Assembly (NCBI GenBank): GCA_965227695.1
Contig: OZ245760.1
Coordinates: 594,236-658,235 of the forward strand
Direction of reading: 5' to 3'
Source of the DNA: Gammaproteobacteria bacterium
GTDB lineage: Bacteria; Pseudomonadota; Gammaproteobacteria; UBA4575
Length of the DNA stretch: 64,000 nt
Positions 9,934 through 20,127 of the stretch are shown here, piece after piece (positions within the stretch are counted from its first letter, which is position 1; every line of letters begins with the position of its first letter). A program made the translations under genes and the position numbers. The notes beneath the pieces are model-generated. The model was given only the letters and a program-made list of their open reading frames with translations. It did no database searches and was not told the DNA's origin.

Positions 9934-10608
9934 GTGCCGGGTGTGCAAAAGCTTAAGGCGGATTGGCTAAGCTTCGATTTGGACGGTACTCTGGTAGACA
10001 GTGTGCCCGACATTACATTTAGTCTTAATCAAATGCTAAATAGGATGGGACTGCCCGCGGTCAACGAAGTATTGGCCCGAAACTGGATAGGTAATGGTGC
10101 TGAATTGTTAATTAAACGTGCGTTACATCATGTGCTGGCGTCCAGTCCTTCACAAGTCAGTCAGGAGCAGGCCAGGGAATATTTTTTTGATGCTTATCAG
10201 GAAAATATTGCTGCCAAGACAGTTGTCTATCCGGGTTGCATGGACTTGCTGGAGCACATTGCAGAAAAATCGATACCGATGGCATGTGTCACTAACAAGC
10301 CAAGGAAATTCACTCAGTCTCTTTTGGAGAGGTTATCAATTACCGGATACTTTAATGTGTTGGTATGTGGCGATGACCTGCCAACAAAAAAGCCGGATCC
10401 GGCGATGATTCTTAAAGCGATAGAAGATATGAACAGTACGCCTCGGGATGGTTACCTGGTAGGGGATTCACATACGGACATGGCTGCTGCCAGGGCTGCG
10501 GGTGCAGGTGCAATTTATGTTTCCTATGGCTATAATCGCGGCGTTTGCGTGGAAAAATATTCACCAATTCGCGTGAATAGCCTAAATGAACTGATTGACT
10601 TAATATAA
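9934..10608 (+). CDS. gph: phosphoglycolate phosphatase (HAD superfamily)
   Basis: 224 aa. Has the HAD motif I FDLDGTLVDS and sits downstream of rpe, the same rpe-gph arrangement as in E. coli. Confidence 0.8.
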   Translation: MPGVQKLKADWLSFDLDGTLVDSVPDITFSLNQMLNRMGLPAVNEVLARNWIGNGAELLIKRALHHVLASSPSQVSQEQAREYFFDAYQENIAAKTVVYPGCMDLLEHIAEKSIPMACVTNKPRKFTQSLLERLSITGYFNVLVCGDDLPTKKPDPAMILKAIEDMNSTPRDGYLVGDSHTDMAAARAAGAGAIYVSYGYNRGVCVEKYSPIRVNSLNELIDLI

Positions 10609-10642
10609 CAGTCATCCGCAATAACTGATCGTAAGGTATTTA

Positions 10643-10720
10643 ATGCTTATATTTCATAGAAAATGCTGGTGCTGGGGAAATTTTTGGCAGCAATATGTCA
10701 AATTATTCCAATACACATAA
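10643..10720 (+). promoter_or_regulatory. candidate Trp-codon-rich leader peptide ORF upstream of trpE (MLIFHRKCWCWGNFWQQYVKLFQYT)
   Basis: A 25-codon ORF with an ATG at 10643 carries UGG codons at 10667, 10673 and 10685 (the run C-W-C-W ... W). It ends only 22 nt before the trpE ATG, and no terminator hairpin lies between. Confidence 0.3.
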
Positions 10721-10742
10721 ATCACTATGAACTTAAGCGTGC

Positions 10743-12212
10743 ATGAACAAAAAACAATTCTTAAATCTGGCTGACCAAGGCTACACCCATATTCCCCTAT
10801 ATCGTGAAGTTGCAGCTGATCTTGAAACACCACTCAGTGCCTATTTAAAGCTCGCCAACTGTAAAAACAGTTTTCTTTTTGAGTCTGTGCAGGGAGGCGA
10901 ACGCTGGGGTCGTTATTCCATTATTGGACTGCGTTGTCAGGAACACATAGAAATTCGGGGGAAGCATATTTCTGAATGGGACAATGGACAATGTGTGAAT
11001 GAACTCGATTGTCAGGATCCATTGCAGTGGATCAACAGTTACCGTGAAAAATTCAAAGTTCCAGAAATCGAACAGCTTCCACGTTTTGTAGGAGGCCTGG
11101 TGGGTTATTTTGGTTATGACACGATTCGTTACATTGAGCCGAAACTGGGTAAATGCCCAAATACAGATGAATTTGGATCGGCTGATATCCTGCTATTGTT
11201 AACGCGTGAGATCCTGGTATTTGATAACCTGAAAAGCTCGGCCTTTATCGTCGTGCTGGCTCCTGCCAGTGCACAAGGTTATCAGCAAGCACATGCGCGT
11301 ATTGATCTGCTGGCACAGAAACTACAGTCTTCAGCCCCTCCATTAGCATTGGATGTAAGTCATCAACCATTGCGCGAGCTGGATTTTGTCTCCGGATTTA
11401 GTGAAGCCGGTTTTAAGCAGGCGGTAGAAAAAGCCAAAAGTTATATTGTATCTGGTGATGTCATGCAGGTTGTATTGTCGCAACGTTTAAATGCAGCTTT
11501 TAAAGGTAAAGCCATTAATATGTACAGGCACCTGCGACGCATGAATCCTTCACCGTACATGTATTATTTAAATATGGGTGATTTTGAGATTGTAGGGTCA
11601 TCACCAGAAATACTGGTCAGGCAGGAGGGGAGTGAAGTTACTGTGCGACCCATAGCCGGAACCAGGCCACGTGGTAGTAACCCTGCTGAGGATGTTGCTC
11701 TTGAAAAGGAACTCCTTGCTGATCCCAAGGAACTGGCCGAACATTTAATGTTGATTGACCTTGGCCGTAATGATATTGGTCGTGTTGCTGAAACAGGCAG
11801 CGTCGAACTTACAGATAAAATGATCGTCGAGCGTTATTCTCATGTCATGCATATAGTGTCAAATGTTAAAGGCCGGCTTGCATCTGGCCAGTCTTGTATG
11901 GATGTACTGAGAGCGACCTTCCCGGCAGGTACAGTCTCAGGTGCACCAAAAATTCGCGCGATGGAAATTATTGATGAGTTAGAGCCGGTTAAACGTGGAA
12001 TCTATTCTGGTGCGATTGGCTATATTTCCTGGCAGGGAGACATGGATACCGCAATTGCAATAAGAACAGCGGTAATCAAAGATGAGGTGGTTTCGGTTCA
12101 GGCCGGTGCAGGTATTGTGTATGATTCCCTGCCCGATAATGAATGGGTAGAAACACTGAATAAAGCGAAAGCATTGTTGCGTGCTGCGGCATTGGCTGAA
12201 CAGGCAGAATAA
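10743..12212 (+). CDS. trpE: anthranilate synthase component I
   Basis: 489 aa. The N-terminus [21 protein letters not shown] and the C-terminal chorismate-binding domain ([20 protein letters not shown]) identify TrpE. Confidence 0.9.
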   Translation: MNKKQFLNLADQGYTHIPLYREVAADLETPLSAYLKLANCKNSFLFESVQGGERWGRYSIIGLRCQEHIEIRGKHISEWDNGQCVNELDCQDPLQWINSYREKFKVPEIEQLPRFVGGLVGYFGYDTIRYIEPKLGKCPNTDEFGSADILLLLTREILVFDNLKSSAFIVVLAPASAQGYQQAHARIDLLAQKLQSSAPPLALDVSHQPLRELDFVSGFSEAGFKQAVEKAKSYIVSGDVMQVVLSQRLNAAFKGKAINMYRHLRRMNPSPYMYYLNMGDFEIVGSSPEILVRQEGSEVTVRPIAGTRPRGSNPAEDVALEKELLADPKELAEHLMLIDLGRNDIGRVAETGSVELTDKMIVERYSHVMHIVSNVKGRLASGQSCMDVLRATFPAGTVSGAPKIRAMEIIDELEPVKRGIYSGAIGYISWQGDMDTAIAIRTAVIKDEVVSVQAGAGIVYDSLPDNEWVETLNKAKALLRAAALAEQAE

Positions 12213-12214
12213 CT

Positions 12215-12799
12215 ATGATTTTAATGATCGATAACTATGATTCCTTCACTTATAACCTGGTGCAGTATTTTGGTGAATTAGGGGAACAGGTTAAAGTGGT
12301 TCGTAATGACCAGATCAGTATTTCACAGATTTCTGAGTTGAGGCCTGATCATATTGTACTTTCCCCGGGCCCCTGTACGCCAAATGAAGCAGGGGTATCG
12401 TTAAGCGTTGTGGAAAACTTTGCCGGGAAAGTCCCCATACTCGGTGTATGTTTGGGTCATCAGACGATTGGTCAGGCGTATGGTGGAAAAATTGTCAGAG
12501 CAGGCGACATTATGCACGGCAAGACTTCACTGGTATACCATCACGGTCGCAATGTCTTTGAAGGGTGCGATCTGCCGCTGACCGCTACGCGATATCACTC
12601 GCTTGTTATTGAAAAACAATCATTACCGGAATGTTTATCTGTTACTGCATGGACGCAACAGGATAATGGCCAGCTCGATGAAATAATGGGCGTGAGACAT
12701 AAAGAATTGGCGGTTGAAGGGGTTCAGTTTCATCCGGAGTCAATACTTACAGATTGTGGCCATCATTTACTGAATAATTTCATTAAGCAGAATCCATGA
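12215..12799 (+). CDS. trpG: anthranilate synthase component II (glutamine amidotransferase)
   Basis: 194 aa class I glutamine amidotransferase. The catalytic Cys lies in GVCLGHQ and the His/Glu pair in QFHPES. Sits 2 bp after trpE. Confidence 0.9.
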   Translation: MILMIDNYDSFTYNLVQYFGELGEQVKVVRNDQISISQISELRPDHIVLSPGPCTPNEAGVSLSVVENFAGKVPILGVCLGHQTIGQAYGGKIVRAGDIMHGKTSLVYHHGRNVFEGCDLPLTATRYHSLVIEKQSLPECLSVTAWTQQDNGQLDEIMGVRHKELAVEGVQFHPESILTDCGHHLLNNFIKQNP

Positions 12800-13818
12800 A
12801 AACAATTTTACAAAAATCGCTCAATACTGTGCTTGAAAAGCAGGATCTTACCGCCGAACAAATGCATGAGACTATGAGTAGCATTATGCACGGTGAGGCA
12901 AGCCCTGTACAGATTGCCGCCTTCATTGTCGCCCTGCGCATGAAGGGAGAAACTGTTGAGGAGCTTGCTGCCGCAGCTCGTGTTATGCGCAATCTTTCCA
13001 CTCAAGTAGATATCGATGCAGACATGCTGGTTGATACCTGCGGCACCGGTGGTGATGGTCAGAATACTTTCAATATTTCCACGGCATCTTCGATTGTTGC
13101 CGCATCAGCCGGCGTAAAAATTGCCAAGCACGGTAATCGGTCAGTATCAAGTCAATCCGGTAGTGCGGATGTTCTGGAGGCTCTGGGTGTAAAGCTGGAT
13201 TTGAATCCACAACAAATTGCTGCCTGTGTCGAACATGTCGGGATTGGATTTATGTTTGCACCCATGCATCATAGCAGTATGAAGCACGCCATAGGACCGC
13301 GCAGGGAACTGGGGGTACGCACTTTGTTTAATTTGCTTGGACCACTGACCAATCCTGCAAATGCTAAAAGGCAAGTGCTCGGCGTATATGATGATTACTG
13401 GTTAAAACCTCTTGCAGAGGTGTTGCACAGATTGGGTACGCAGCACGCGTTGATTGTGCATGCACAAGATGGGTTGGATGAGATCAGTATTTCCTCAGCT
13501 ACCAATATCTGTGAGCTGAAACACGGCGAATTAAAGCAATTTCAAGTGAGTCCGCAAGAGTTTGGTCTCAATATGGCACCGGTTGCCTCGATACAAGTGG
13601 ATGATGTTAAGCAAAGTGCTTCCATCATCCAGGCGGTGCTTGCGGGCCAGCAAGGTGCGGCTGCCGATATCGTGTGTTTAAATGCAGGAGCCGCAATTTA
13701 TGTGTCCGGAAAAACTGAAGACCTTTCTGAGGCAATCAGTATTGCACAACAGATACTCCGCTCAGGCGCAGCACAAGAGACACTAAAACGGTTGATTGCA
13801 TTCACCAACCAGGTATAA
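12796..13818 (+). CDS. trpD: anthranilate phosphoribosyltransferase
   Basis: 340 aa. Carries the TrpD GTGGDG motif ([18 protein letters not shown]) and overlaps trpG by 4 bp. Confidence 0.9.
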   Translation: MKTILQKSLNTVLEKQDLTAEQMHETMSSIMHGEASPVQIAAFIVALRMKGETVEELAAAARVMRNLSTQVDIDADMLVDTCGTGGDGQNTFNISTASSIVAASAGVKIAKHGNRSVSSQSGSADVLEALGVKLDLNPQQIAACVEHVGIGFMFAPMHHSSMKHAIGPRRELGVRTLFNLLGPLTNPANAKRQVLGVYDDYWLKPLAEVLHRLGTQHALIVHAQDGLDEISISSATNICELKHGELKQFQVSPQEFGLNMAPVASIQVDDVKQSASIIQAVLAGQQGAAADIVCLNAGAAIYVSGKTEDLSEAISIAQQILRSGAAQETLKRLIAFTNQV

Positions 13819-13822
13819 ACAG

Positions 13823-14638
13823 ATGGCCCAGCATACCCCCGAGATTCTGAACAAAATCCTATCGCATAAAAGCAAAGAACTGATTGACAAGCAGGCGCGT
13901 GTTCCCCTGGCGCAAATGAAGGAATGGGCTAGGGATGCAGATGCTAAACGCCCATTTGAAATGATGCTGCGAGGTGCTGTAAGTGCTCAAAAAGCAGGCG
14001 TCATTGCTGAAATCAAGCGTGCGTCACCAAGTCAGGGAATTATAAGAGAAGACTTTGACCCAATGGCGATAGCCAGAAGCTATCAGCACAGTGGGGCGAC
14101 CTGTTTGTCAGTACTGACTGACAACGAATTTTTTAAAGGAGGTGGGCCAATCCTGGAACTGGCGCGAAAAGCCTGCTCTCTGCCTGCGCTTAGAAAAGAT
14201 TTTATCATTGACCCTTATCAGGTGTTTGAATCCAGAGTGCTGGGAGCAGATTGTCTGTTGTTAATCGTTGCAGCATTAGATCAGAAAATGCTGCATACAC
14301 TTTACTCGCTCGCCATTGATAACAACATGGATGTTTTAGTTGAAGTGCATGATGAACAGGAACTTTCACGTGCGCTTGAGCTTGAATTGACAATGGTGGG
14401 TATCAATAATCGTAATCTAAATTCTTTTGAAGTTGATTTGAATACTACACTGCGACTGCATGAGAACATTCCCAGTGAATGCCTGGTAGTCACAGAAAGC
14501 GGAATACATACACCCGAGGATGTGGCTAGAATGCAGTCGCATGGGGTGAATGCATTTCTGGTCGGTGAGGCGTTTATGCGTGCCCCTGAACCGGGTGCCA
14601 GGCTTAAAGAGTTATTTTTTGCTGATCGTGCTTATTAG
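13823..14638 (+). CDS. trpC: indole-3-glycerol phosphate synthase
   Basis: Contains IAEIKRASPSQG and the downstream TIM-barrel motifs. The internal ATG at 13823 (MAQHTPEILNKIL) was chosen over the ORF-track TTG at 13796 to avoid overlap with trpD. Confidence 0.85.
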   Translation: MAQHTPEILNKILSHKSKELIDKQARVPLAQMKEWARDADAKRPFEMMLRGAVSAQKAGVIAEIKRASPSQGIIREDFDPMAIARSYQHSGATCLSVLTDNEFFKGGGPILELARKACSLPALRKDFIIDPYQVFESRVLGADCLLLIVAALDQKMLHTLYSLAIDNNMDVLVEVHDEQELSRALELELTMVGINNRNLNSFEVDLNTTLRLHENIPSECLVVTESGIHTPEDVARMQSHGVNAFLVGEAFMRAPEPGARLKELFFADRAY

Positions 14639-14686
14639 TAGGGTTGTTAAATACCCTACTAATAGCCTGTTCGATGCCTGCAAAGC

Positions 14687-15325
14687 TTAGCGTGTTCCAA
14701 ATACCACGATGGTTTTGCCATGCGCGGTGATAAGCCCCTGATCTTCCAGCTCTTTTAATACCCGGCCCGCCATTTCGCGCGAACATCCAACGATTTTCGC
14801 AATCTCCTGTCGAGTGATACGTATCTGCATTCCATCCGGGTGCGTCATGGCGTCAGGCTGATGTGCCAAGTCGAGTAAAGTGCGAGCTACGCGGCCTGCA
14901 ACATCCAGAAAAGCCAGATTAATCACCTTGCGGCTGGTTGCACGCAGGCGGCGAGTCATCTGTCCTGCGAGCAGCATCAGGATGTCAGGATCCTGGTGAG
15001 CCAGTTCACGGAATTTGACGTAACTGATCTCAGCGACTTCGCACTCTCCTCGCGCAATCACGAGAGCACTGCGCTCATCTTCTTCAAACAGGCCCATTTC
15101 ACCAAAAAAGTCTCCTTGATTCAGATAGGCAAGGACCATTTCATGGCCAGTTTCGTCTTCAATCATTACACTGACAGAGCCACCGGTTATATAATAAAGG
15201 GTTGTAGAAGGGTCGCCGGCATGGATAATGCGACTGCCATTACTGTAGCGCTTGGTATGGCAATTTTCTAACAGGCGTGCAACTGTGGGGTCAATAGTAG
15301 GCATTTTAATTTGTAAGCTTGACAC
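14687..15325 (-). CDS. crp: cAMP receptor protein family global regulator (CRP/Vfr)
   Basis: Aligns over its entire length with E. coli CRP ([33 protein letters not shown]). The true start may instead be the internal ATG at 15304. Confidence 0.9.
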   Translation of the reverse strand: MSSLQIKMPTIDPTVARLLENCHTKRYSNGSRIIHAGDPSTTLYYITGGSVSVMIEDETGHEMVLAYLNQGDFFGEMGLFEEDERSALVIARGECEVAEISYVKFRELAHQDPDILMLLAGQMTRRLRATSRKVINLAFLDVAGRVARTLLDLAHQPDAMTHPDGMQIRITRQEIAKIVGCSREMAGRVLKELEDQGLITAHGKTIVVFGTR

Positions 15326-15412
15326 AGAGAACCTCTGACTTCTCGTTTATTTGGATGAAGTCTATGACAGGAAGTTCCCATTGTCGATTTGTGGAAGAAT
15401 GAAAGGTAGTAA

Positions 15413-15853
15413 ATGAACGTACGAATAAAGTGGTTAGACCATAAGAGCTTTGTAGGCGAGACCGCCAGCGGGCATTCCGTGGTGATGGACGGTTCTACTG
15501 AACATGGAGGACGCAATCTTGGTGCGCGCCCGATGGAAATGATTCTGCTTGGATTGGGCGGCTGTACTTCTTTTGATATTGTAAGCATCCTGAAAAAATC
15601 CCGTGCTCCAGTCGATGACTGTACTGTGGATATTCAAGCACAGCGGGCTGATTCTGTTCCGGCGGTTTTCACACATATCCATATACACTATATTGTGAAG
15701 GGCAGGGGTTTACAAGACAAGACAGTAAAACGGGCGGTTGAGCTAAGTACCGAGAAGTATTGCTCGGTATCCATGATGCTTAAACAAAGTGTTAGTATTA
15801 CTCATGACTATGAAGTGGTTGATTCAGCCATGATTTTAAATAATAACGACTGA
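15413..15853 (+). CDS. OsmC/Ohr-family protein (YhfA-like)
   Basis: 146 aa OsmC fold with the GGCTSFD Cys motif. Divergent from crp, as yhfA is in E. coli and Pseudomonas. Confidence 0.75.
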   Translation: MNVRIKWLDHKSFVGETASGHSVVMDGSTEHGGRNLGARPMEMILLGLGGCTSFDIVSILKKSRAPVDDCTVDIQAQRADSVPAVFTHIHIHYIVKGRGLQDKTVKRAVELSTEKYCSVSMMLKQSVSITHDYEVVDSAMILNNND

Positions 15854-15861
15854 TTAAATGC

Positions 15862-16665
15862 ATGCCGACACAGGATTCAAAAATCGCATTATATGGTTTT
15901 AATAATTTAACAAAAACACTCAGTTTCAACTTTTATGATATCTGTTATGCAAAAACAGACAGGCAAAGGGACGAATATATTGAGTATATTGATGAAACCT
16001 ACAGTGCACATCGACTGACAGAAGTACTTACCAATGTTTCTGACATAATTGGCGCCACTATTTTAAATGTTGCAACACAGGATTATGACCCAAATGGCTC
16101 AAGCGTAACGATGTTGATTTCGGAAGAAAATGCATACGTCGAATCGCCCGAGGAGCAAAACAGGGAAGCTGAAAACCATAGTGTTGTGGCACATTTGGAT
16201 AAAAGTCATTTGACCGCACATACTTATCCTGAGTCTCATCCGGATGGCGGAATTAGTACATTTCGAGCCGACCTGGATATCTCCACCTGTGGGAAAATAT
16301 CACCGTTGAAAGCACTTAATTACCTGATTGACAGCTTCGATGAGGATATTGTTATCCTTGATTACAGGATTCGCGGTTTTACACGCGATGTGCAGGGGCG
16401 AAAATTCTATAAGGACCATAGTATTTCTTCCATACAGGAATATATGTCGGAAAAAACCCGGCAACAATATCAGATGATCGATGTGAATGTTTATCCTGAA
16501 AAAATCTTTCATACTAAAATGATGCTCAAGCAATTTGAGCTGGATAACTACCTGTTTGGTGATGACCAGGAGGTCATGTCACATGAGGAGCAGGAACATA
16601 TAGAGAACCTGCTGCGTAATGAAATGACAGAAATTTTTTATGGTATGAATCTGAATCAGTTCTAG
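15862..16665 (+). CDS. speD: S-adenosylmethionine decarboxylase proenzyme
   Basis: 267 aa. [23 protein letters not shown] and [14 protein letters not shown] match E. coli SpeD closely. Confidence 0.9.
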   Translation: MPTQDSKIALYGFNNLTKTLSFNFYDICYAKTDRQRDEYIEYIDETYSAHRLTEVLTNVSDIIGATILNVATQDYDPNGSSVTMLISEENAYVESPEEQNREAENHSVVAHLDKSHLTAHTYPESHPDGGISTFRADLDISTCGKISPLKALNYLIDSFDEDIVILDYRIRGFTRDVQGRKFYKDHSISSIQEYMSEKTRQQYQMIDVNVYPEKIFHTKMMLKQFELDNYLFGDDQEVMSHEEQEHIENLLRNEMTEIFYGMNLNQF

Positions 16666-16689
16666 ATGTGCGGTTATATGACCAAAGGA

Positions 16690-17331
16690 TTAGAGCCAAT
16701 AAGCCCCGGTTGTCATCACTTTGGAGACCGCTCGCATGGCTTGTTGAATTATAGGCGGCAGTGTTGCTCCACCGAGGCGGCGTGCCTGGTCACCGTGGCG
16801 GCGCTCGTCCTGCTGCATTACCTCAATGACAGCCCGGCTCTTTTTATCCTCTACCGGCAATTTCTGTAAATGACTCTGTAAGTGTTTTTCTACCTGGTCC
16901 TCTGTCTCTGCGACAAAGCCCAAACTCCATTTATCACCAAATAGGCCGGCTCCGGCACCAATGGCGTATGAACCCAGGTACCATAAGGGAGTGATCATGC
17001 TTGGTGGGGTTTGTAATTCATTAAGTCGTTGTTCGCACCAGGCAAGGTGCTCTTCCTCCTCTTTTGCTGATAAATGCATCTGTTTAAGTGTTGCTTCATT
17101 GCGGGCCGTCAGTGCCTGACCATGGTATAGACCCTGTGCAGCAATTTCGCCGGCATGGTTTACTCTCATCAGACGTCCACTTAGTTTCATGTCCTGTGGT
17201 GACAAACTGTTGCTGGATTGAATTTTGTCAGCGGGATTTTCTCTCGGGGTATTGCGAGAAGTATGTGTGAGTGTGCGTAGACTACGGTCAAACTCATGTA
17301 TTAATCTGTCACAGACCATTTGTTTATTCAT
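16690..17331 (-). CDS. coq7: 2-nonaprenyl-3-methyl-6-methoxy-1,4-benzoquinol hydroxylase (di-iron Coq7 family)
   Basis: 213 aa. Contains LMRVNHAGEIAAQGLYHGQ and the EExHL/E..H carboxylate-bridged di-iron motifs. Follows speD in the same order as Pseudomonas. Confidence 0.85.
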   Translation of the reverse strand: MNKQMVCDRLIHEFDRSLRTLTHTSRNTPRENPADKIQSSNSLSPQDMKLSGRLMRVNHAGEIAAQGLYHGQALTARNEATLKQMHLSAKEEEEHLAWCEQRLNELQTPPSMITPLWYLGSYAIGAGAGLFGDKWSLGFVAETEDQVEKHLQSHLQKLPVEDKKSRAVIEVMQQDERRHGDQARRLGGATLPPIIQQAMRAVSKVMTTGAYWL

Positions 17332-17333
17332 CG

Positions 17334-18506
17334 TTATGTCGTTATCAGGTTTGTTGCCAGTAATGTTAACGGATGAACAACATCAATGTCCAAGTTGTCA
17401 TGTTCCAGCTGCATGCGGAAATTGAGGGCGCAACCAATATTGGGAGAGACAATGACGTCGGGTTTTAAAACCTGAATAGTTTGCACCTTTTTCTTTATCA
17501 GACGTAAGTTGCTGCTTTTTGGTGATAATAGCTGTGAACCACCGGCACCGCAGCAGGTTATCCCGTCAGTGAAATTCAACAGCCTGATCTCGGGTAAATA
17601 CCGCAGTAACTGATAGATGTACTTTTGTAATGCATCATCAGCGGTACACGGCATGTGAACTAAAATGCGTTGAGGCAGGGGCGAAAACTGCAGGCGCTTA
17701 AAGTTCTTCTGTGTACATAACCAGTGCATGGCATCAAAGTGACGAGTAGCGGTATTCTCTAGTTGCCGGTTAAGCTGTTGACCACACCCGCTGGCAAAAG
17801 AGAGCAACGTATTGGTGGTTTCTGACACTGAATATTGCAGTACTCGCTCTTGATGATAATGTGTTTCTTTCAACAACCCGCTGTGCTGATGGATCGCGCC
17901 ACAACATGTGATTTTGTCCGGCAAACAGGCAGACACCTGCATGGCTTTCAGTATCTTCATCAGGCTGTTTAATGTTTGTTGATCAAATAGACTCCCGGTA
18001 CAGCCCGGGAAGACACTGACACTGTAATTGTGTGATCGATCTGTTTGAGCGGGAAACGGTTTGGAAACCTGCCTGAGTAGCTCTATATAACGGTTTTTGA
18101 AAGGCGTATGCTTGACCAGGTGGTGAGCTGATTTAATTAGGCAGTGTCCCCATGAGTTTGTCATTAATTTGATTGAAGCAGCGTGCTTTGCCCGTGAAAA
18201 GAAACCTTGATTGTGGCGATATAGGTCACGTCCTGAATCAATGATAGCCTGGTAATTCACTTTGGCCGGGCAGACCTGCTGGCACGCCAGGCATCCTGTA
18301 CAACTTTGTATATGCTCATTCAGGGCATCACTCGCTGGAAGCATCCCTTCTGTATAGGCTTTAATCAGTGATATCCTGCCGCGCGGTGACTCTGCTTCAT
18401 TTTGACTAACCTGGTAGGTGGGACAGTCAGGGAGGCACAATCCACACATCACGCACTGGTCAGTGAGCCTGCTCAATTCAGTTGTGTCGGTGTCAGTGTT
18501 TGCCAT
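17334..18506 (-). CDS. GlcF/GlpC/HdrD-like iron-sulfur oxidoreductase subunit (two 4Fe-4S motifs plus two CCG domains)
   Basis: 390 aa. Has the ferredoxin motifs CVMCGLCLPDCP and CTGCLACQQVCP, then CCG-type cysteine clusters (FPGCTG, ITCCGA, ITCCGAGG). Its stop lies 2 nt upstream of coq7. Confidence 0.7.
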   Translation of the reverse strand: MANTDTDTTELSRLTDQCVMCGLCLPDCPTYQVSQNEAESPRGRISLIKAYTEGMLPASDALNEHIQSCTGCLACQQVCPAKVNYQAIIDSGRDLYRHNQGFFSRAKHAASIKLMTNSWGHCLIKSAHHLVKHTPFKNRYIELLRQVSKPFPAQTDRSHNYSVSVFPGCTGSLFDQQTLNSLMKILKAMQVSACLPDKITCCGAIHQHSGLLKETHYHQERVLQYSVSETTNTLLSFASGCGQQLNRQLENTATRHFDAMHWLCTQKNFKRLQFSPLPQRILVHMPCTADDALQKYIYQLLRYLPEIRLLNFTDGITCCGAGGSQLLSPKSSNLRLIKKKVQTIQVLKPDVIVSPNIGCALNFRMQLEHDNLDIDVVHPLTLLATNLITT

Positions 18507-18600
18507 GGGATGTTATGAGTTTAGAGGGATAAACATTTATAATAAGCATAACAGCCAATACAGTCTCTTAAATACACCACTATATATTGGACATCACAAA

Positions 18601-18906
18601 ATGAATTATTACAGGCGCCATATGTTTATCTGCACGAATATGCGGGAAGACGGGATTTGTTGCCAGCACCATGATGCACTTGAAAAACGTAATGAATTAA
18701 AGCAGTACGCAAAATCACTTGGTTTAACGGGGCAGGGTGCAATAAGAATTAATACTGCGGGATGCCTGGATCGATGTGATGAAGGGCCGGTGGCAGTGGT
18801 TTACCCTGATGCTGTCTGGTATCGCTATGAAAGCCTCGATGACCTCAAAGATATTGTCCATAGCCATCTGGAAAATGGGGTAATTGTTGACCGGCTGAAG
18901 ATTTAA
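18601..18906 (+). CDS. thioredoxin-like [2Fe-2S] ferredoxin
   Basis: 101 aa from the ATG at 18601 (MNYYRRHMFICTN...). The cysteine pattern C-x11-CC ... GCLDRC-x-EGPVAVVYPDAVWY is typical of Trx-like Fdx. The ORF-track start at 18418 would overlap the divergent Fe-S gene and is rejected. Confidence 0.6.
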   Translation: MNYYRRHMFICTNMREDGICCQHHDALEKRNELKQYAKSLGLTGQGAIRINTAGCLDRCDEGPVAVVYPDAVWYRYESLDDLKDIVHSHLENGVIVDRLKI

Positions 18907-19022
18907 TAAAAAATTCATGTGGGAGTATTGACAAGCGAAATACTATATTAGAAAATGCGCATATTCAAATATTATTGTATATTTGTTTTTACTCCTCCAT
19001 CTACCCTTGGTAGTATGTTTTA

Positions 19023-19054
19023 CGCGGCCTAAGGTGATTAGGCCGCGTTTTTTT
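19023..19054 (+). terminator. rho-independent terminator/attenuator hairpin (CGCGGCCTAA-ggtga-TTAGGCCGCG plus a 7-T run)
   Basis: A perfect 10-bp stem with a 5-nt loop is followed by TTTTTTT. It lies 117 nt after the ferredoxin gene and 95 nt before rplM. Confidence 0.7.
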
Positions 19055-19088
19055 CTTGGGTACACGAAATCAGTGCAACATATCTCTC

Positions 19089-19117
19089 TTGTCTGATCCC
19101 TCGGACTTTAGTACTAT
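19089..19117 (+). promoter_or_regulatory. candidate sigma70 promoter for rplM-rpsI (TTGTCT-N17-TACTAT)
   Basis: A -35/-10-like pair with 17-bp spacing sits about 30 nt upstream of the rplM ATG. Found by eye, not experimentally supported. Confidence 0.25.
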
Positions 19118-19148
19118 TGCGCGCCTTTGTTATGGTCCTGATTATAAA

Positions 19149-19577
19149 ATGAAAACGTTTAACGCAAAACCGGCTGAAGTCAGCCGACAGTGGTTTGTCA
19201 TTGACGCCAGCGGCAAAACGCTGGGTCGGCTATCCACAGAAGTGGCACGCAGGCTACGTGGAAAGCATAAGCCAGAATATACCCCTCATGTAGACACCGG
19301 TGACTATATCGTTATTGTCAATGCCGAAAAAGTGCGCGTGACTGGCAATAAAGCGCAAGACAAAATGTATTATCGCCATACCGGGTATATTGGTAATCTT
19401 AAGCAGACAAACTTTAGTGACCTTATCAGCTCTCATCCTGAAAGGGTGATCCAAAAAGCAGTTAAAGGTATGCTGCCGAAAAACCCACTCGGGCGGGCGA
19501 TGTTTAAAAAACTAAAGGTTTATGCGGGTCCTGATCATACTCATCAATCCCAGCAGCCTGAGCCACTGGAAATATAA
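19149..19577 (+). CDS. rplM: 50S ribosomal protein L13
   Basis: 142 aa starting [20 protein letters not shown], a canonical L13. The ORF-track start at 19056 is a spurious N-terminal extension. Confidence 0.9.
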   Translation: MKTFNAKPAEVSRQWFVIDASGKTLGRLSTEVARRLRGKHKPEYTPHVDTGDYIVIVNAEKVRVTGNKAQDKMYYRHTGYIGNLKQTNFSDLISSHPERVIQKAVKGMLPKNPLGRAMFKKLKVYAGPDHTHQSQQPEPLEI

Positions 19578-19589
19578 GGCGGATAAAAT

Positions 19590-19982
19590 ATGGCAACCAC
19601 ACAATATTACGGCACAGGCCGAAGAAAAAGTTCGTCGGCAAGAGTCTATCTGAAGCCCGGCAACGGTGAGATAACCATCAACTCGCGTGCAGAGGACCAG
19701 TATTTTGGACGTGAGACGTCACGCAGAATCATTCGCCAGCCACTGGAATCGACAGAATTGGATTCAAAATTTGATCTCACCATTAAAGTTAAGGGTGGAG
19801 GGATGAATGGCCAGGCAGGTGCAATACAGCTTGGTATTGCCAGAGCCCTGCTTCAGTATGATGAGGAACTGCGTACACTATTACGACAGGGCGGCTTTTT
19901 AACCAGGGATGCGCGCGAGGTAGAGCGTAAGAAAGTCGGTCTTCGCAAAGCCAGAAAGAAAGAACAGTTTTCAAAACGCTAA
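19590..19982 (+). CDS. rpsI: 30S ribosomal protein S9
   Basis: 130 aa. Begins [14 protein letters not shown] and ends ...[18 protein letters not shown], a canonical S9. Confidence 0.9.
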   Translation: MATTQYYGTGRRKSSSARVYLKPGNGEITINSRAEDQYFGRETSRRIIRQPLESTELDSKFDLTIKVKGGGMNGQAGAIQLGIARALLQYDEELRTLLRQGGFLTRDAREVERKKVGLRKARKKEQFSKR

Positions 19983-20010
19983 TTACGAATTGTTCCCGAT
20001 CTGCTATAAA

Positions 20011-20039
20011 ATGGGCTGCACAGGCAGCCCATTTTTTTG
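20011..20039 (+). terminator. rho-independent terminator of rplM-rpsI (ATGGGCTGC-acag-GCAGCCCAT plus T7)
   Basis: A 9-bp perfect stem followed by TTTTTTT, starting 29 nt after the rpsI stop. Confidence 0.8.
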
Positions 20040-20127
20040 TGACGGCAGATAACAATTGTGATTACAGTCTATCGCGGTATTATTTGAGATAAGTTTATCT
20101 TTTGCTGCGTGGAGAAGGCGCGATGAT

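Noticed and set aside
10609-10742. Classical trp attenuator (terminator/antiterminator hairpins) upstream of trpE
   Set aside because: No GC-rich hairpin with a U-tract is present, and only 22 nt separate the Trp-codon mini-ORF from trpE. Reported instead as an atypical candidate.
16666-16869. 67-aa plus-strand ORF after speD
   Set aside because: It lies wholly inside and antisense to coq7, which has clear family motifs.
18418-18600. Long 162-aa version of the ferredoxin ORF starting at 18418
   Set aside because: It would overlap the 5' end of the divergent Fe-S gene by about 90 bp. The ATG at 18601 begins exactly at the conserved ferredoxin core (MNYYRRHMFICTN).
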